A DNA stretch of 64,000 nt, from contig JAWBXL010000005.1 in NCBI GenBank assembly GCA_038867895.1, forward strand, positions 7,340 through 71,339. The letters are read 5' to 3'. The notes below the pieces were generated by a model, which made no database searches, was not told the origin of the DNA, and was given only the letters and a program-made list of their open reading frames with translations. A program made the translations under genes and the position numbers. The DNA comes from Candidatus Bathyarchaeia archaeon (GTDB taxonomy: Archaea; Thermoproteota; Bathyarchaeia; Bathyarchaeales; DTEX01). Below, one piece after another: positions 1 through 9,968 of the stretch (its first letter is position 1; the number at the start of each line of letters is the position of its first letter).

Positions 1-1442
1 TTGGCCTAAACAATCATATACTTGCATGTCTCAGAAGAGCATGCCAACATACCCCCACCCCAAAGAGAGTGAGCGATCCTAGAGAATGGCCCTTTGTAAC
101 AATACAAGTAGCTACATATAATGAGGGTTACACCGTTGCAAGACTTCTTGAAAGCTGCTTGAGGATTGATTATCCGGCCGACAAATTCGAGATAATAGTT
201 GTTGATGATTCAAACGACGAAACTATCGATATACTTATGGATTATGAGAGGAGATATTATCCAAGGATAAAAGTTATACATAGGAATACTAGGGCTGGCT
301 ATAAGGCTGGAGCGCTGAATGAAGCCCTAAAGAACTCTAGAGGAGAATTTATTTTGGTGCTTGACGCAGACTCCATTTTGGAGCCAGATTTTCTGAAAAA
401 GACGATACCATTATTTCTGTCAAACGAGAAGCTAGGTTTTATACAGGGTAGGCCGAAATATTTAAATGCGAGGAAATCTTGGCTAACAAAGACTTTTGCG
501 CTTATAAACGATTGGTTTGCGCATTTTCTTCAGTCATCTCTATCTAAATGCGGCATGATAATTGGTTTTGTAGGACATGGCGGAATATTTAGGAAAAAAG
601 CCTTAGATGATATTGGGGGATGGATGACTGATACCATTGCTGAGGACCTGGATATTGCATACAGGATTCAGCTTAAAGGCTGGGATGCACTTTATCTCGA
701 GGATGCCGCAAGTTTTGAAGAGGTTCCGCCGAGCTATTATTCAGCCGTAATTAGATTTAAAAGGCACCTTAAAGGACCAATACAAAACCTACTCAAATAC
801 TGGTGGTCCATTATTAAGTATAGGAGCCTAAGCCCATTAAAGAAGATTGAGGCTCTCACTCAGCTGGCTTACTCGCTGGTATATCCGCTGGGATTAATAT
901 GCTTGGCATTAACTATCTTTACATATACTGTTGTTCCAGGAATCATAATCGATGGATTCTGGCATTCGATCGCCGGGCTCATGTCATCAGCTCTAATCCT
1001 CGTATCTTTTCCATATATTGCCCTAATGATTTCACCGATTCCATCTTTTCTGATAATTTTAATTACTTCTGCCCCCATCTCAATTTTATTTCCAAAACGT
1101 AGAAAGATTTTAGGGGAAATTGGAGGGGTTGATTTTGGGGTTATTTTTGGGCTCATGCTCGTCTGGTATGATAATATGCTAAATTGTCTATCCTCAATTG
1201 CTGAAATCTTAATGGGCAAAGAGGGAGAGTGGATACCAACTGAAAGGATCCTAAAAAGGAATATTTATGTGGATGGGGGTAAGAGAAGAAGGGAGGCTAT
1301 CTTGAGAATACTTGCTTCAATAACAATCGTATTATTCTTTGTAAACATTTTGCTTACAAATTTTTCATTAAATTCTACTGGAATACTTTTACCAGCAGCA
1401 TTATGGCTTTACTCAGCATACTTGATTATAACAAGGAAATGA
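1..1442 (+). CDS. GT2 family processive glycosyltransferase (cellulose synthase-like), membrane-bound; 5' end probably outside the window
   Basis: Motifs VDDSND, KAGALN, LDAD and AED, plus several C-terminal TM helices. The frame is open from position 3 to the GTG at 69, so the real start is likely upstream of the window. Confidence 0.85.
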   Translation, partial: GLNNHILACLRRACQHTPTPKRVSDPREWPFVTIQVATYNEGYTVARLLESCLRIDYPADKFEIIVVDDSNDETIDILMDYERRYYPRIKVIHRNTRAGYKAGALNEALKNSRGEFILVLDADSILEPDFLKKTIPLFLSNEKLGFIQGRPKYLNARKSWLTKTFALINDWFAHFLQSSLSKCGMIIGFVGHGGIFRKKALDDIGGWMTDTIAEDLDIAYRIQLKGWDALYLEDAASFEEVPPSYYSAVIRFKRHLKGPIQNLLKYWWSIIKYRSLSPLKKIEALTQLAYSLVYPLGLICLALTIFTYTVVPGIIIDGFWHSIAGLMSSALILVSFPYIALMISPIPSFLIILITSAPISILFPKRRKILGEIGGVDFGVIFGLMLVWYDNMLNCLSSIAEILMGKEGEWIPTERILKRNIYVDGGKRRREAILRILASITIVLFFVNILLTNFSLNSTGILLPAALWLYSAYLIITRK

Positions 1443-1479
1443 GAAGAAAAGATATTAATCACTTGGTATAAAATTGTTT

Positions 1480-4371
1480 TTATTCAATATATATTGCTGG
1501 TTTTAGCGGCCTAGCCTGCTGGGCCTTACCCTTCGGGTCATATTTATTCGGGTCATCCTCCCTGTAAACTGTCACACTAGCATTAAATTCTCTTTCAAAG
1601 AACTCTCTCGCCCCCTCTATTTCATAAAACTCGTCTATCACACCAGCCCTCAAAAGATACTGCTTTCTTTCAGAGGGAAGAGCGTTAATTTCCTCTATTA
1701 GGCGACTTACAAACGGCGCTAGAACCTTTGTCATGTTTCTCAACTCTATATCTGACATAAACACCCTCATTGTCTCCTTCATATCAAGTCTCTTTGAAAG
1801 CGATTCTTCTAACAGCCTTATGTAGACTTTCCATTTCCATGAAGAAGCAACATAGTAGCATATTCTCTTTGGCGATAAACACGTTATTCTAAGAATGTTT
1901 TGTGTATCCTCAAGCAGGCCTTTTATGAGGGCCTCAACCTCCTCAGACTTAATATCAACTCTAGATTCATCATACTCTGGCCACTTAGCTATGGAAACAA
2001 AGCCTTCATTTCCAAGCATATCCCATAGTTCCTCGCAAAGAAATGGTGTAAATGGCGCTAGGAGTCTAATCCATATATTGGCGACCTCTCTAAGTACACT
2101 TGGGTTTGGGTTTCCCCTTCGCCTCAGGTACCAGCGTATGTCATTCCAAACCTCATAAAGAGCTATCTCAGCTGCAGACCTCGTCTTCAGATTTTCTATT
2201 GCCTCGGTTACCGCGCGAACTCTTTTCTGAATAACCGACAGCAGCCATTTATCAATGCCTTTAATTTCCTCCTCGCCTGAAAGATTTATTATCTGGCTTA
2301 TCAGCGCATAAAGCGACTTTAATCTAGCATCTATACTTCTTGCGTTCTCATCCCTCCAGTCTGGGTCATCCATGTCCTCTGCGCCAAGAAGTAGCGTCAT
2401 TCTAGTAACATCTGCTCCATATCGGTTTATTGCTTCCTTCAGAGTTAAGAAGTTCCCTTTCGACTTAGACATTTTCTGCCCCTCAATCATTAGCATTCCG
2501 TTGACGCCTATTGCCTTTGGCCATAGCTCCCTCGGAAACAGTGCAACATGCTGGAATATGAAGAAAGATAAGTGGTTTGGAACGAGCTCCTTAGCCGAAA
2601 TTCTTAAGTCAAGAGGGTACCAGTATAGAAATTCATCTCTCATCTCCTTAAGAAACCGTGGCTCTATCCCAGATATCTTAGAAACTTCTTTCAAGTCACC
2701 CTTTCCAAAGAATATATGGTCGAAAACCTCTCTAGTTAATTGTTCAGCGCGAATGTTATACTGCCTGATATGCTTAGCTATCGTGTAAAACGCCATATAT
2801 ATTGTCGAGTCGCTCAGGGTCTCAATTATCCATTCTGGATCCCAAGGTAGGGGTGTTCCTAAGCCAGTCTTCCTTGCGCAAGCCCAGTCTCTAAGCCAGT
2901 CAATCTTGTCATGAAAGTAGGATCTAGCGCTCTCGGGGAATATTTTGGCCGAGCTTACCGCCTCATGCGCCAGGCGCTTCCACTCTGGATCGGAGTATTT
3001 TAGGAACCATTGATCTGATAATATTTTTACCACGCATTTTGTCGTGCATCGGCACACAACCTTCTGTGGAAGATCATACATTGAGGAGGCAATACCTATC
3101 CTTTTGAAGTCCTCTATTATTTGAGCCTTAACGTCCTTAATGGTTTTACCAGCATACTCCCCGCATATTGGCTTCAAAACACCAGTATGAAACTCTTTTC
3201 GATAAATTATTGATGTAGCCTCTTCCAGCTTCGGGTCGAATTGATCCTTTATACCCATCTGTTCAACAATCTCTATAGCTGGATAATCTCCAAAACCCTC
3301 GACACTGATCAATGATATTGGCTTAATGTTCCTGAGGACTTCAGAGGATAATCCGAACCCCTTTAAAAGATCCGTTTTATCCATTAAGTCTTTTAGGGCA
3401 ATCCAGTCAGCTGGTGCATGCGCCGGAACACTATAAACAACCCCGGTTGCAGAGTCTGGGTCAACAAACCATCCCGGCAGTATTGGGAGCTCCCTACCAC
3501 TTATCGGCTCTTTAAAGTACTTGCCAATAAGCTCCCTGCCTTTAAACTCTCTCAAGACCTTAACCTTCCTGAGCTGCTCAGAGAGCTTAAAGGCTGCGCT
3601 TCTGCTTATAATCCACTTCTCGCCATCAACCAGCGCTTCAACATAATCTGCATCCGGATTTATGAACATGTTTGTTACGCCGAAAATTGTCTCTGGTCTA
3701 AATGTCGCCGCTGGAAGATAAGCATCCCCAAAAATGAATTTTATTAAAATATATTCTTCCGGGAAGACTCCCTCTCCAATAAGTCTGTCATGATCTCCCG
3801 TTGGGCTTTGGCATGAAGGACACCAAACAACTGGATGTGTTCCCCTAACAACATATCCCATGTCCCTTAAAGTTAGGTACTGCCACTCAATGAACTTACT
3901 GTAAGTCGGTTCATGGCTTGTCGTATGAAATTCTCTACGCCAGTCGACCGAGAAGCCGATTTTTTTAACGACTTCTCTGCTCTCCCGCGTATAATAGCTC
4001 GCCATGTAGATGGGGTCGACAAACTTTTTAAGCTCCTCTTCTGGGACACCGTCTATCTCCTTAAGAGCTCTTATCAGATCCTCATCGCCACTTTTTATCC
4101 TTAAAGAGGCGCCGAGAATCGGCTCACCAGTCCAGTGCCAAGCCCATGGGAAAAGCGTATTATAGCCTTTCATCCTCATAAACCTAGCATAAACGTCAAC
4201 CCTAGTTGCCGTGAAGCCGTGGCCTAGGTGTAGGGGTCCATTCATGTATGGGTATGGAAATGTCACAAAGCATTTTTTGCGGTTTGGATCTGGGTCTGCC
4301 TCGAATAAATGTGCTTCCTCCCATTTCTTACGCCATTTCTCCTCAATTGCTTCCCAGACTATCTGTGACAC
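1480..4371 (-). CDS. leuS: Leucine--tRNA ligase, archaeal type
   Basis: FPYPYMNGPLHLGH (HIGH) and KMSKS motifs, CP1 editing domain, C-terminal P.KPAIYIE. Confidence 0.98.
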   Translation of the reverse strand: MSQIVWEAIEEKWRKKWEEAHLFEADPDPNRKKCFVTFPYPYMNGPLHLGHGFTATRVDVYARFMRMKGYNTLFPWAWHWTGEPILGASLRIKSGDEDLIRALKEIDGVPEEELKKFVDPIYMASYYTRESREVVKKIGFSVDWRREFHTTSHEPTYSKFIEWQYLTLRDMGYVVRGTHPVVWCPSCQSPTGDHDRLIGEGVFPEEYILIKFIFGDAYLPAATFRPETIFGVTNMFINPDADYVEALVDGEKWIISRSAAFKLSEQLRKVKVLREFKGRELIGKYFKEPISGRELPILPGWFVDPDSATGVVYSVPAHAPADWIALKDLMDKTDLLKGFGLSSEVLRNIKPISLISVEGFGDYPAIEIVEQMGIKDQFDPKLEEATSIIYRKEFHTGVLKPICGEYAGKTIKDVKAQIIEDFKRIGIASSMYDLPQKVVCRCTTKCVVKILSDQWFLKYSDPEWKRLAHEAVSSAKIFPESARSYFHDKIDWLRDWACARKTGLGTPLPWDPEWIIETLSDSTIYMAFYTIAKHIRQYNIRAEQLTREVFDHIFFGKGDLKEVSKISGIEPRFLKEMRDEFLYWYPLDLRISAKELVPNHLSFFIFQHVALFPRELWPKAIGVNGMLMIEGQKMSKSKGNFLTLKEAINRYGADVTRMTLLLGAEDMDDPDWRDENARSIDARLKSLYALISQIINLSGEEEIKGIDKWLLSVIQKRVRAVTEAIENLKTRSAAEIALYEVWNDIRWYLRRRGNPNPSVLREVANIWIRLLAPFTPFLCEELWDMLGNEGFVSIAKWPEYDESRVDIKSEEVEALIKGLLEDTQNILRITCLSPKRICYYVASSWKWKVYIRLLEESLSKRLDMKETMRVFMSDIELRNMTKVLAPFVSRLIEEINALPSERKQYLLRAGVIDEFYEIEGAREFFEREFNASVTVYREDDPNKYDPKGKAQQARPLKPAIYIE

Positions 4372-7157
4372 TACCCATCACGCTCAGCAATAACATCATA
4401 TATTATTGATTCAACTTCCTCTAAAGCTTTAGGAGCATTCTTGACGATGAGACCGCCTGCCTGAGCAAAATCTGCTCTACCACTCCCACCTCCCCCAAGA
4501 ATCTGCCCTACTCTTCTAGCTATCTCGTAGGCTTTTATACCAGCTTTTATGGCTTTATCTCCAGCCTTTATAACGGATCTTGCCTCCCCATTAACACAAA
4601 TAAGAATCACAATTGCGCTTGGATCAATTTTAACAATCTCATTTGAGATTTTGATAAGCAAGTCTACGTTATCTTCCCTGCTACTAACTAGCCGAGAAAC
4701 CAGCTTTAAGCCGCCTATCTCCTTTGCCTCTGAAACATATTTTTCAGCCATGATTTTGGCAATCCTCTCCATTAAGCGATCCCTTTCACGGCGCAGATCC
4801 TTCCACTCGCTGATAACCTTCTCCAGAACCACATCAACTTTCTCGACATGAGTCTCTATTAAATCTGATACGCGGATAACTTTAGTCTCAAGTTCCTGAA
4901 TTCTTTTTATTGCCGGTAACCCAGCACTAAAAATTATTCTCTCAACACCATCTTGAATCCTTTCAGTCCGCAATATCTTGATCACACCAACCTCACCTGT
5001 CAATCTACAATGTGTTCCTCCACAAGCCTCAACCTCCCAGTCGCCAGTCTTAACAACTCTTATCTCCCTGCCTGGAACCACACCGCCCTGATAGAGCCTG
5101 AAACCGTAGATTCGCTCCGCCTCCTCTCTCGGCATCCAAAAGATTTCTACGGGCATATTTTTCATTATCGCCTCATTAGCTAGCTCCTCAATACGATTAA
5201 TCTCCTCCTTTGTGAGCCTCTTCGGATGGGTTATATCTAACCTTGACTGATAAGTATCTTTCTGCGCGCCTGCCTGCCAGACATGCTCCCCCAGAACCCT
5301 CCTAGCAGCTCCCATAAGCAGATGGGTTGCAGTGTGGTGCCGCATTAAGCTAATGCGCCTCTCCCAGTCGATAACCCCCTTAACCTCGCAGCCCTCGCCT
5401 GGAACTAAACCCTCAACAAAGTGAACTACTATGTTTCCGGGAGCCTTTTTAACATTGTAGATCCTAGCTCTACCACCATTAAATTCCAAGTACCCTTGAT
5501 CTGAAGGTTGACCTCCACCTTCAGGATAGAAGGCAGTCCTGTCTAATACGATCATATTTCCATGAACTCTAAGGACTTTAGCTTTAAACTCTTTCATATA
5601 GGCGTCTTCATAGTACAATTGTTTAGTTTCCGGTAAACCAGCGATATTTATATCCAGCTCCTCTATCTCTTCAACCATTTTGAAAGCTGGTCTCTTCGAT
5701 GAAACATGCTTCTCAGCAACATAACTATAGAAACCCTCAGGCACATTAATTTGCAGCCCCTCTGAAGAAGATATCTCGGAAACCACCTCCGGCGTTAAGC
5801 CATGTGAATCATAAAGCTCAACAAGCTTACTTATCGGGATCCCGGTCTCACCCCTCGCCTTAATTTCCCGAACTAAACGTTTAACAATGTCTCTTCCTCT
5901 CTCCAACGTACCTTTATATTTCTCTATTTCAATACTAAGTAGTTCCAGGATCTCATTGCGCATATCCTTCAAGTATGGGAAGTCTCTAGACCAGTAGGAT
6001 ACTTGCATATCAACTATTTCAGGCATCAATTTTTCAATTCCGAGATTTCTTAGGAGCCTATATGCTCTTCTAATAAGCAGCCTTGCCAGATAACCCTCCT
6101 CAACATTCGATGGGACGACGCCCTCAGCTAATATGAAGACTAGGCACTTTGTGTGATCAGAGATAGCGAAGACCTCAACTAATGGATTCATTATCCTCTG
6201 TAATTCATTAACCTCTATGCCCAATTTGTTGGCTATTCGCTTCCAGTTCTCAGTCCTACTAACAGCCTTTGATATACTTATTAGCCCGGATACCTTGGCG
6301 AAATCCGCCAGAAGTTTATAGTCTACGCCGCTCACACCAGCCATCTCCATTATCTTATCCAGTAATTCACCGTACACCGCATGGAAACAACTAACTGCCC
6401 CCTGAGATAACCAAGTAAAACGCTCAATCCCGTAACCAGTATCAACAGTTCTTATAGGTAGCTCAATGAATTCTTCGCCTACAACTTTATATTTCATGAA
6501 TACCAGCGTCGCGACCTCTAGGCCACTGATTATGCTCTCAACATCCGGGCCAGCATTTCCGCCGCCAGACCATATCCCCTCCTTATAAATTATTAGTTCG
6601 GGCTTAACGCCAAGCTCCTTAGTCACGAACTCATGATGATATCTTACGGTCTCGTCCTTCCAGTAGACTTCCTTGTCCGGATAATTGAAGGCATGGTGCC
6701 CACCCATTTCAAATATAGTTAAATGCCTACCAAATGTTGGGCCAACGTTCTCTAAATCTTGGAACCTAATGCATGGCTGGCTTATGACTAGCGGGTTTGC
6801 TGGTGGGGGGGTTATTCCCTCTGTAACATATGGTTGAAAGTCTATTATACTTGCATTAGTGAAGTATAGGTCATCCCTCCACCTCGCAACAACGGGGTAG
6901 GGTTTGATGCGCTTATGACCTCTCTTCTCAAAGAACGATAGGAAAGCTTCCCTCATCTCAGCTAAAGTATAGGGCTTGTTCATTGGAGAATTATCTATAA
7001 ACGTGTATTCTGCGCAACCATAAACATTAGACTCCCCGCATAACACTTGGTCCGAATTCAGCGTCCAGAAGAATTCGCCACATCTTGGACACTTCTTCCT
7101 GACATATCCATTCTCTAAAAAGAAGGGCAATCTATATTCATCCTCACTAAAATACAT
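4371..7157 (-). CDS. alaS: Alanine--tRNA ligase, archaeal type
   Basis: N-terminal CPRC, ASIIDFQP, HLTIFEM, DTGYGIER, editing motifs HHTATH and CGGTHC, C-Ala GGGG domain. Confidence 0.98.
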   Translation of the reverse strand: MYFSEDEYRLPFFLENGYVRKKCPRCGEFFWTLNSDQVLCGESNVYGCAEYTFIDNSPMNKPYTLAEMREAFLSFFEKRGHKRIKPYPVVARWRDDLYFTNASIIDFQPYVTEGITPPPANPLVISQPCIRFQDLENVGPTFGRHLTIFEMGGHHAFNYPDKEVYWKDETVRYHHEFVTKELGVKPELIIYKEGIWSGGGNAGPDVESIISGLEVATLVFMKYKVVGEEFIELPIRTVDTGYGIERFTWLSQGAVSCFHAVYGELLDKIMEMAGVSGVDYKLLADFAKVSGLISISKAVSRTENWKRIANKLGIEVNELQRIMNPLVEVFAISDHTKCLVFILAEGVVPSNVEEGYLARLLIRRAYRLLRNLGIEKLMPEIVDMQVSYWSRDFPYLKDMRNEILELLSIEIEKYKGTLERGRDIVKRLVREIKARGETGIPISKLVELYDSHGLTPEVVSEISSSEGLQINVPEGFYSYVAEKHVSSKRPAFKMVEEIEELDINIAGLPETKQLYYEDAYMKEFKAKVLRVHGNMIVLDRTAFYPEGGGQPSDQGYLEFNGGRARIYNVKKAPGNIVVHFVEGLVPGEGCEVKGVIDWERRISLMRHHTATHLLMGAARRVLGEHVWQAGAQKDTYQSRLDITHPKRLTKEEINRIEELANEAIMKNMPVEIFWMPREEAERIYGFRLYQGGVVPGREIRVVKTGDWEVEACGGTHCRLTGEVGVIKILRTERIQDGVERIIFSAGLPAIKRIQELETKVIRVSDLIETHVEKVDVVLEKVISEWKDLRRERDRLMERIAKIMAEKYVSEAKEIGGLKLVSRLVSSREDNVDLLIKISNEIVKIDPSAIVILICVNGEARSVIKAGDKAIKAGIKAYEIARRVGQILGGGGSGRADFAQAGGLIVKNAPKALEEVESIIYDVIAERDG

Positions 7158-7308
7158 AAAATCCCCTCAATTTAAGTCACGAAATATTAAGGATTTTATG
7201 ACCAAGATAAGTATTGTATCACCGCTCCATCTAGCCTAAACGTGGAAAATCCCCGTTTAATTAGAGACACCAGGGAAAGAGGATAGACTGCATCAACACC
7301 ATCTAAGT

Positions 7309-7632
7309 TCATCCAAAGAGAGATGCTAGTCCCTCTAGCGCCTCTTCTTCTTTTTTCTCCTCTTTTTCCTTCTTTTCCTCTTTCTTTGCTTTCTCCTCTA
7401 CGGCTGAGGGTGGAGCAACTGCGGGGGCAGCTGCCGGGGCTATCATTGGCATAAATGTTGGCGCGGATTTTATAGCCTCATCAATATTTATTTCTGAGAG
7501 GGCTGCTACAAGCGCTTTAACCCTTATTGGGTCGACGTTAACCCCAGCCGCATTAAGAACCCTAGTTAGATTTTCCTCATCTATAGGTTTACCAGCCTTA
7601 TAAAGGAGCATCGCAGCATAGATATACTCCAT
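7309..7632 (-). CDS. rpl12: 50S ribosomal stalk protein P1/L12 (archaeal)
   Basis: [11 protein letters not shown]-terminus, Ala/Pro hinge, Glu/Lys-rich tail, GLASLFG C-terminus. Confidence 0.98.
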   Translation of the reverse strand: MEYIYAAMLLYKAGKPIDEENLTRVLNAAGVNVDPIRVKALVAALSEINIDEAIKSAPTFMPMIAPAAAPAVAPPSAVEEKAKKEEKKEKEEKKEEEALEGLASLFG

Positions 7633-7732
7633 CTTCTTTCACCCTTCCCCTAAACTTTAGATACACATTCTGCTTTTTGAAGATTGTGGAACTACTACTT
7701 AAAGTTTCTCCTCAGACAGTACTAGGAAATTG

Positions 7733-7793
7733 TTATCAGACCGTCGTGAAGTCCTCATTCCATAGGGTCAGTCTGGGACGGCCTCCTCATCTA
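7733..7793 (-). ncRNA. Box C/D methylation-guide sRNA; predicted targets are the 23S rRNA G2251 and U2593 equivalents
   Basis: Minus strand reads ATGAGGA(C)-GGCCGTCCCAGA-CTGA(D')-ccctatgga-ATGAGGA(C')-CTTCACGACGGT-CTGA(D). Both 12-nt guides are complementary to conserved 23S segments (CUGGGGCGGC and ACCGUCGUGAG). Confidence 0.88.
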
Positions 7794-7849
7794 AGGTAAG
7801 AAAAAGAGCATTGAAATATTTAACTATAACCATTAGTAGTGAAGAAATA

Positions 7850-9937
7850 TTATTGCCTCGCCTTTTGAAGGGCTAATTTAACTATCTCCGAGATATCCAT
7901 TATAATAAGATTATTTTCTAAGCCTTCAGTCTTAACAGCTTCTTCAAGCATAATCAGACATGATGGACAGGCTACAGCCAATATCCCTGCACCAGCATTG
8001 TAGGCCTCCTTAACCCTCATCCTATCAGGATTATATTCGCTATCAAGTAGCAGACCACAACCAAAACCAACATAGCAGTTTCCGCTTCCACCACCACAGC
8101 AGAGAGAGTTTTCCTTATTCCGCTCCAATTCGATGAGATGGATGCCCGGAATGGATCTCAGAATGTTTCTTGGAGCCTCATACTCGCCATTCCATCTGCC
8201 TAGGAAGCATGGATCATGATATGCTATTACCTCGTTGATCTTAGCATCAGCATCAAATTTTATCTTCCCATTCTCAATAAGGTGCCAGAGGAATTGTGTA
8301 TAATGCTCAACATCGAATTTACCGCCGAAATCGCCGTAAAAGTTTCTTATAACGTTATAGGAGTGAGGAGACAAAGTAATAATTTTCTTTACATCAAGGG
8401 CTTCAAAAATCTCTATATTTCGTCTAGCCATCTCTTCAAAGAGGCCGGTCTCGCCGATTTCATAGGCTTCGCTTCCTGAGCAGTTCTCTTTTTCGCCTAA
8501 AATGCCATATGAAATGCCAGATAAAAGTAAGATTTCAGCTAAGCTTTTAGCTGCCGCCTGCGCCCTCGGATGAAATGAGCCCATGTCACCTACATAGAAA
8601 AGGATTTCTATATTATTCTTAAATCGTGGAATATTATTTCCAGCCCATTCAGACCTTTTTGCGCGGGGTAATCCGAAGGGATTTCCATATTTATAAATGT
8701 TCTCCAGCATTTCTCCAACTTTTGAGGGCACTATTCCTCTCTCAATGCTTTTAGATCTTAATCTTCTCGATATTCCAGCGCTGTCCACTTTAACTGGACA
8801 TAGCTCCTTACAAGCGTTACAGAATAAACAGAACCAAGAAATTGTCTCAGCGATCTCCGGCTTCTCAGTTATCGCCGTCCATCCAACGCCCATCGGTCCA
8901 CCATAAACCTTTCCACCCCATATGTTACCACAGATACTCCATATTGGGCATGAGACTTGGCATCTCCCGCATTTAATGCAACGAAGCTGTTCCATTAAAA
9001 TTGGATCTTTAGAGGCTCTGATTCTTCCACCATCATAGAGTATTACATGAACCTCTCTAGCACCATGCACGCCATAAACCCTATGATATTCTATATCAGC
9101 AGTACTACTCACTCCTGAAATCACGTTTACATATGTTGGTGGATAGAGCCCAGCATAACCAGATTGAACCGTCACCTGTAAAAATGCGTCTCTAAAAGTT
9201 GGCACAATCTTCTCAACGCCCGCAACCACTATATAGATGGGCGGTAAAGTAACTATATTGTTTATATTACCCTCATTATGAACGAGGAAAATAGATCCTG
9301 TATCCGCGGCTATAGCATTTGCGCCGCTAATCCCAACATCAGCCTTGATAAACTTCTCTTTTAAGAAGTCTCTTAGGGTGGAAACAAGCTCCTCATGGGA
9401 TGCATCCCCACTAACAGTTAACCCCAAGCAAGGTTCAAGTAAACCAGCTATGTATTCTCTGCTTAGATGAAGCGCCGGGACTATAACGTGCATTGGCTTC
9501 CCTCTAGACATTTGTATTAAAAATTCACCTATGTCCGTCTCGTAAACCTCGTGACCCTTCTCAATAAGATGCTCACGTAGCATTATTTCCTCGGTTACCA
9601 TTGATTTAGCCTTCACGATTATCTTCTTTTTCTCACCAATAATTCTGTCAATTATCTCTAATGCCGAACTGCTGTTCTCAGCAAAATACGCATGCGCACC
9701 AGTAGATTTTATACTTTTAATCGTCTTATCAACATAGTATTCAAGATCTCCTAAAACCTTCTCTCTAACAGATTTTATATATTCAGCTGCCTCCATTAGC
9801 ATAGAATGATTTTTCAAGATATTATTTATAGAACGGAGAAAATTGTTTATGGATCTTCTTAGACCGATCTGGAGGGCAGCATCCTTCTGTGCTTTAGCCA
9901 TTTCGCCAGCAAGTTCCTCGATGTTCATTAATACCAC
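7850..9937 (-). CDS. LUD-domain/4Fe-4S protein fused to CCG domains (LutB/LldF + LutA/LldE-like lactate/hydroxyacid oxidation subunit)
   Basis: KAKSMVTEEI, ETDIGE, NEGN, GVHGAREVHV; CxxCxxCxxxCP twice; CCG-type YHDPC, CCGGG and ACPSC. Confidence 0.85.
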   Translation of the reverse strand: MVLMNIEELAGEMAKAQKDAALQIGLRRSINNFLRSINNILKNHSMLMEAAEYIKSVREKVLGDLEYYVDKTIKSIKSTGAHAYFAENSSSALEIIDRIIGEKKKIIVKAKSMVTEEIMLREHLIEKGHEVYETDIGEFLIQMSRGKPMHVIVPALHLSREYIAGLLEPCLGLTVSGDASHEELVSTLRDFLKEKFIKADVGISGANAIAADTGSIFLVHNEGNINNIVTLPPIYIVVAGVEKIVPTFRDAFLQVTVQSGYAGLYPPTYVNVISGVSSTADIEYHRVYGVHGAREVHVILYDGGRIRASKDPILMEQLRCIKCGRCQVSCPIWSICGNIWGGKVYGGPMGVGWTAITEKPEIAETISWFCLFCNACKELCPVKVDSAGISRRLRSKSIERGIVPSKVGEMLENIYKYGNPFGLPRAKRSEWAGNNIPRFKNNIEILFYVGDMGSFHPRAQAAAKSLAEILLLSGISYGILGEKENCSGSEAYEIGETGLFEEMARRNIEIFEALDVKKIITLSPHSYNVIRNFYGDFGGKFDVEHYTQFLWHLIENGKIKFDADAKINEVIAYHDPCFLGRWNGEYEAPRNILRSIPGIHLIELERNKENSLCCGGGSGNCYVGFGCGLLLDSEYNPDRMRVKEAYNAGAGILAVACPSCLIMLEEAVKTEGLENNLIIMDISEIVKLALQKARQ

Positions 9938-9968
9938 ACCAACTAGTGCATCATTATTTCAAGGTGGT

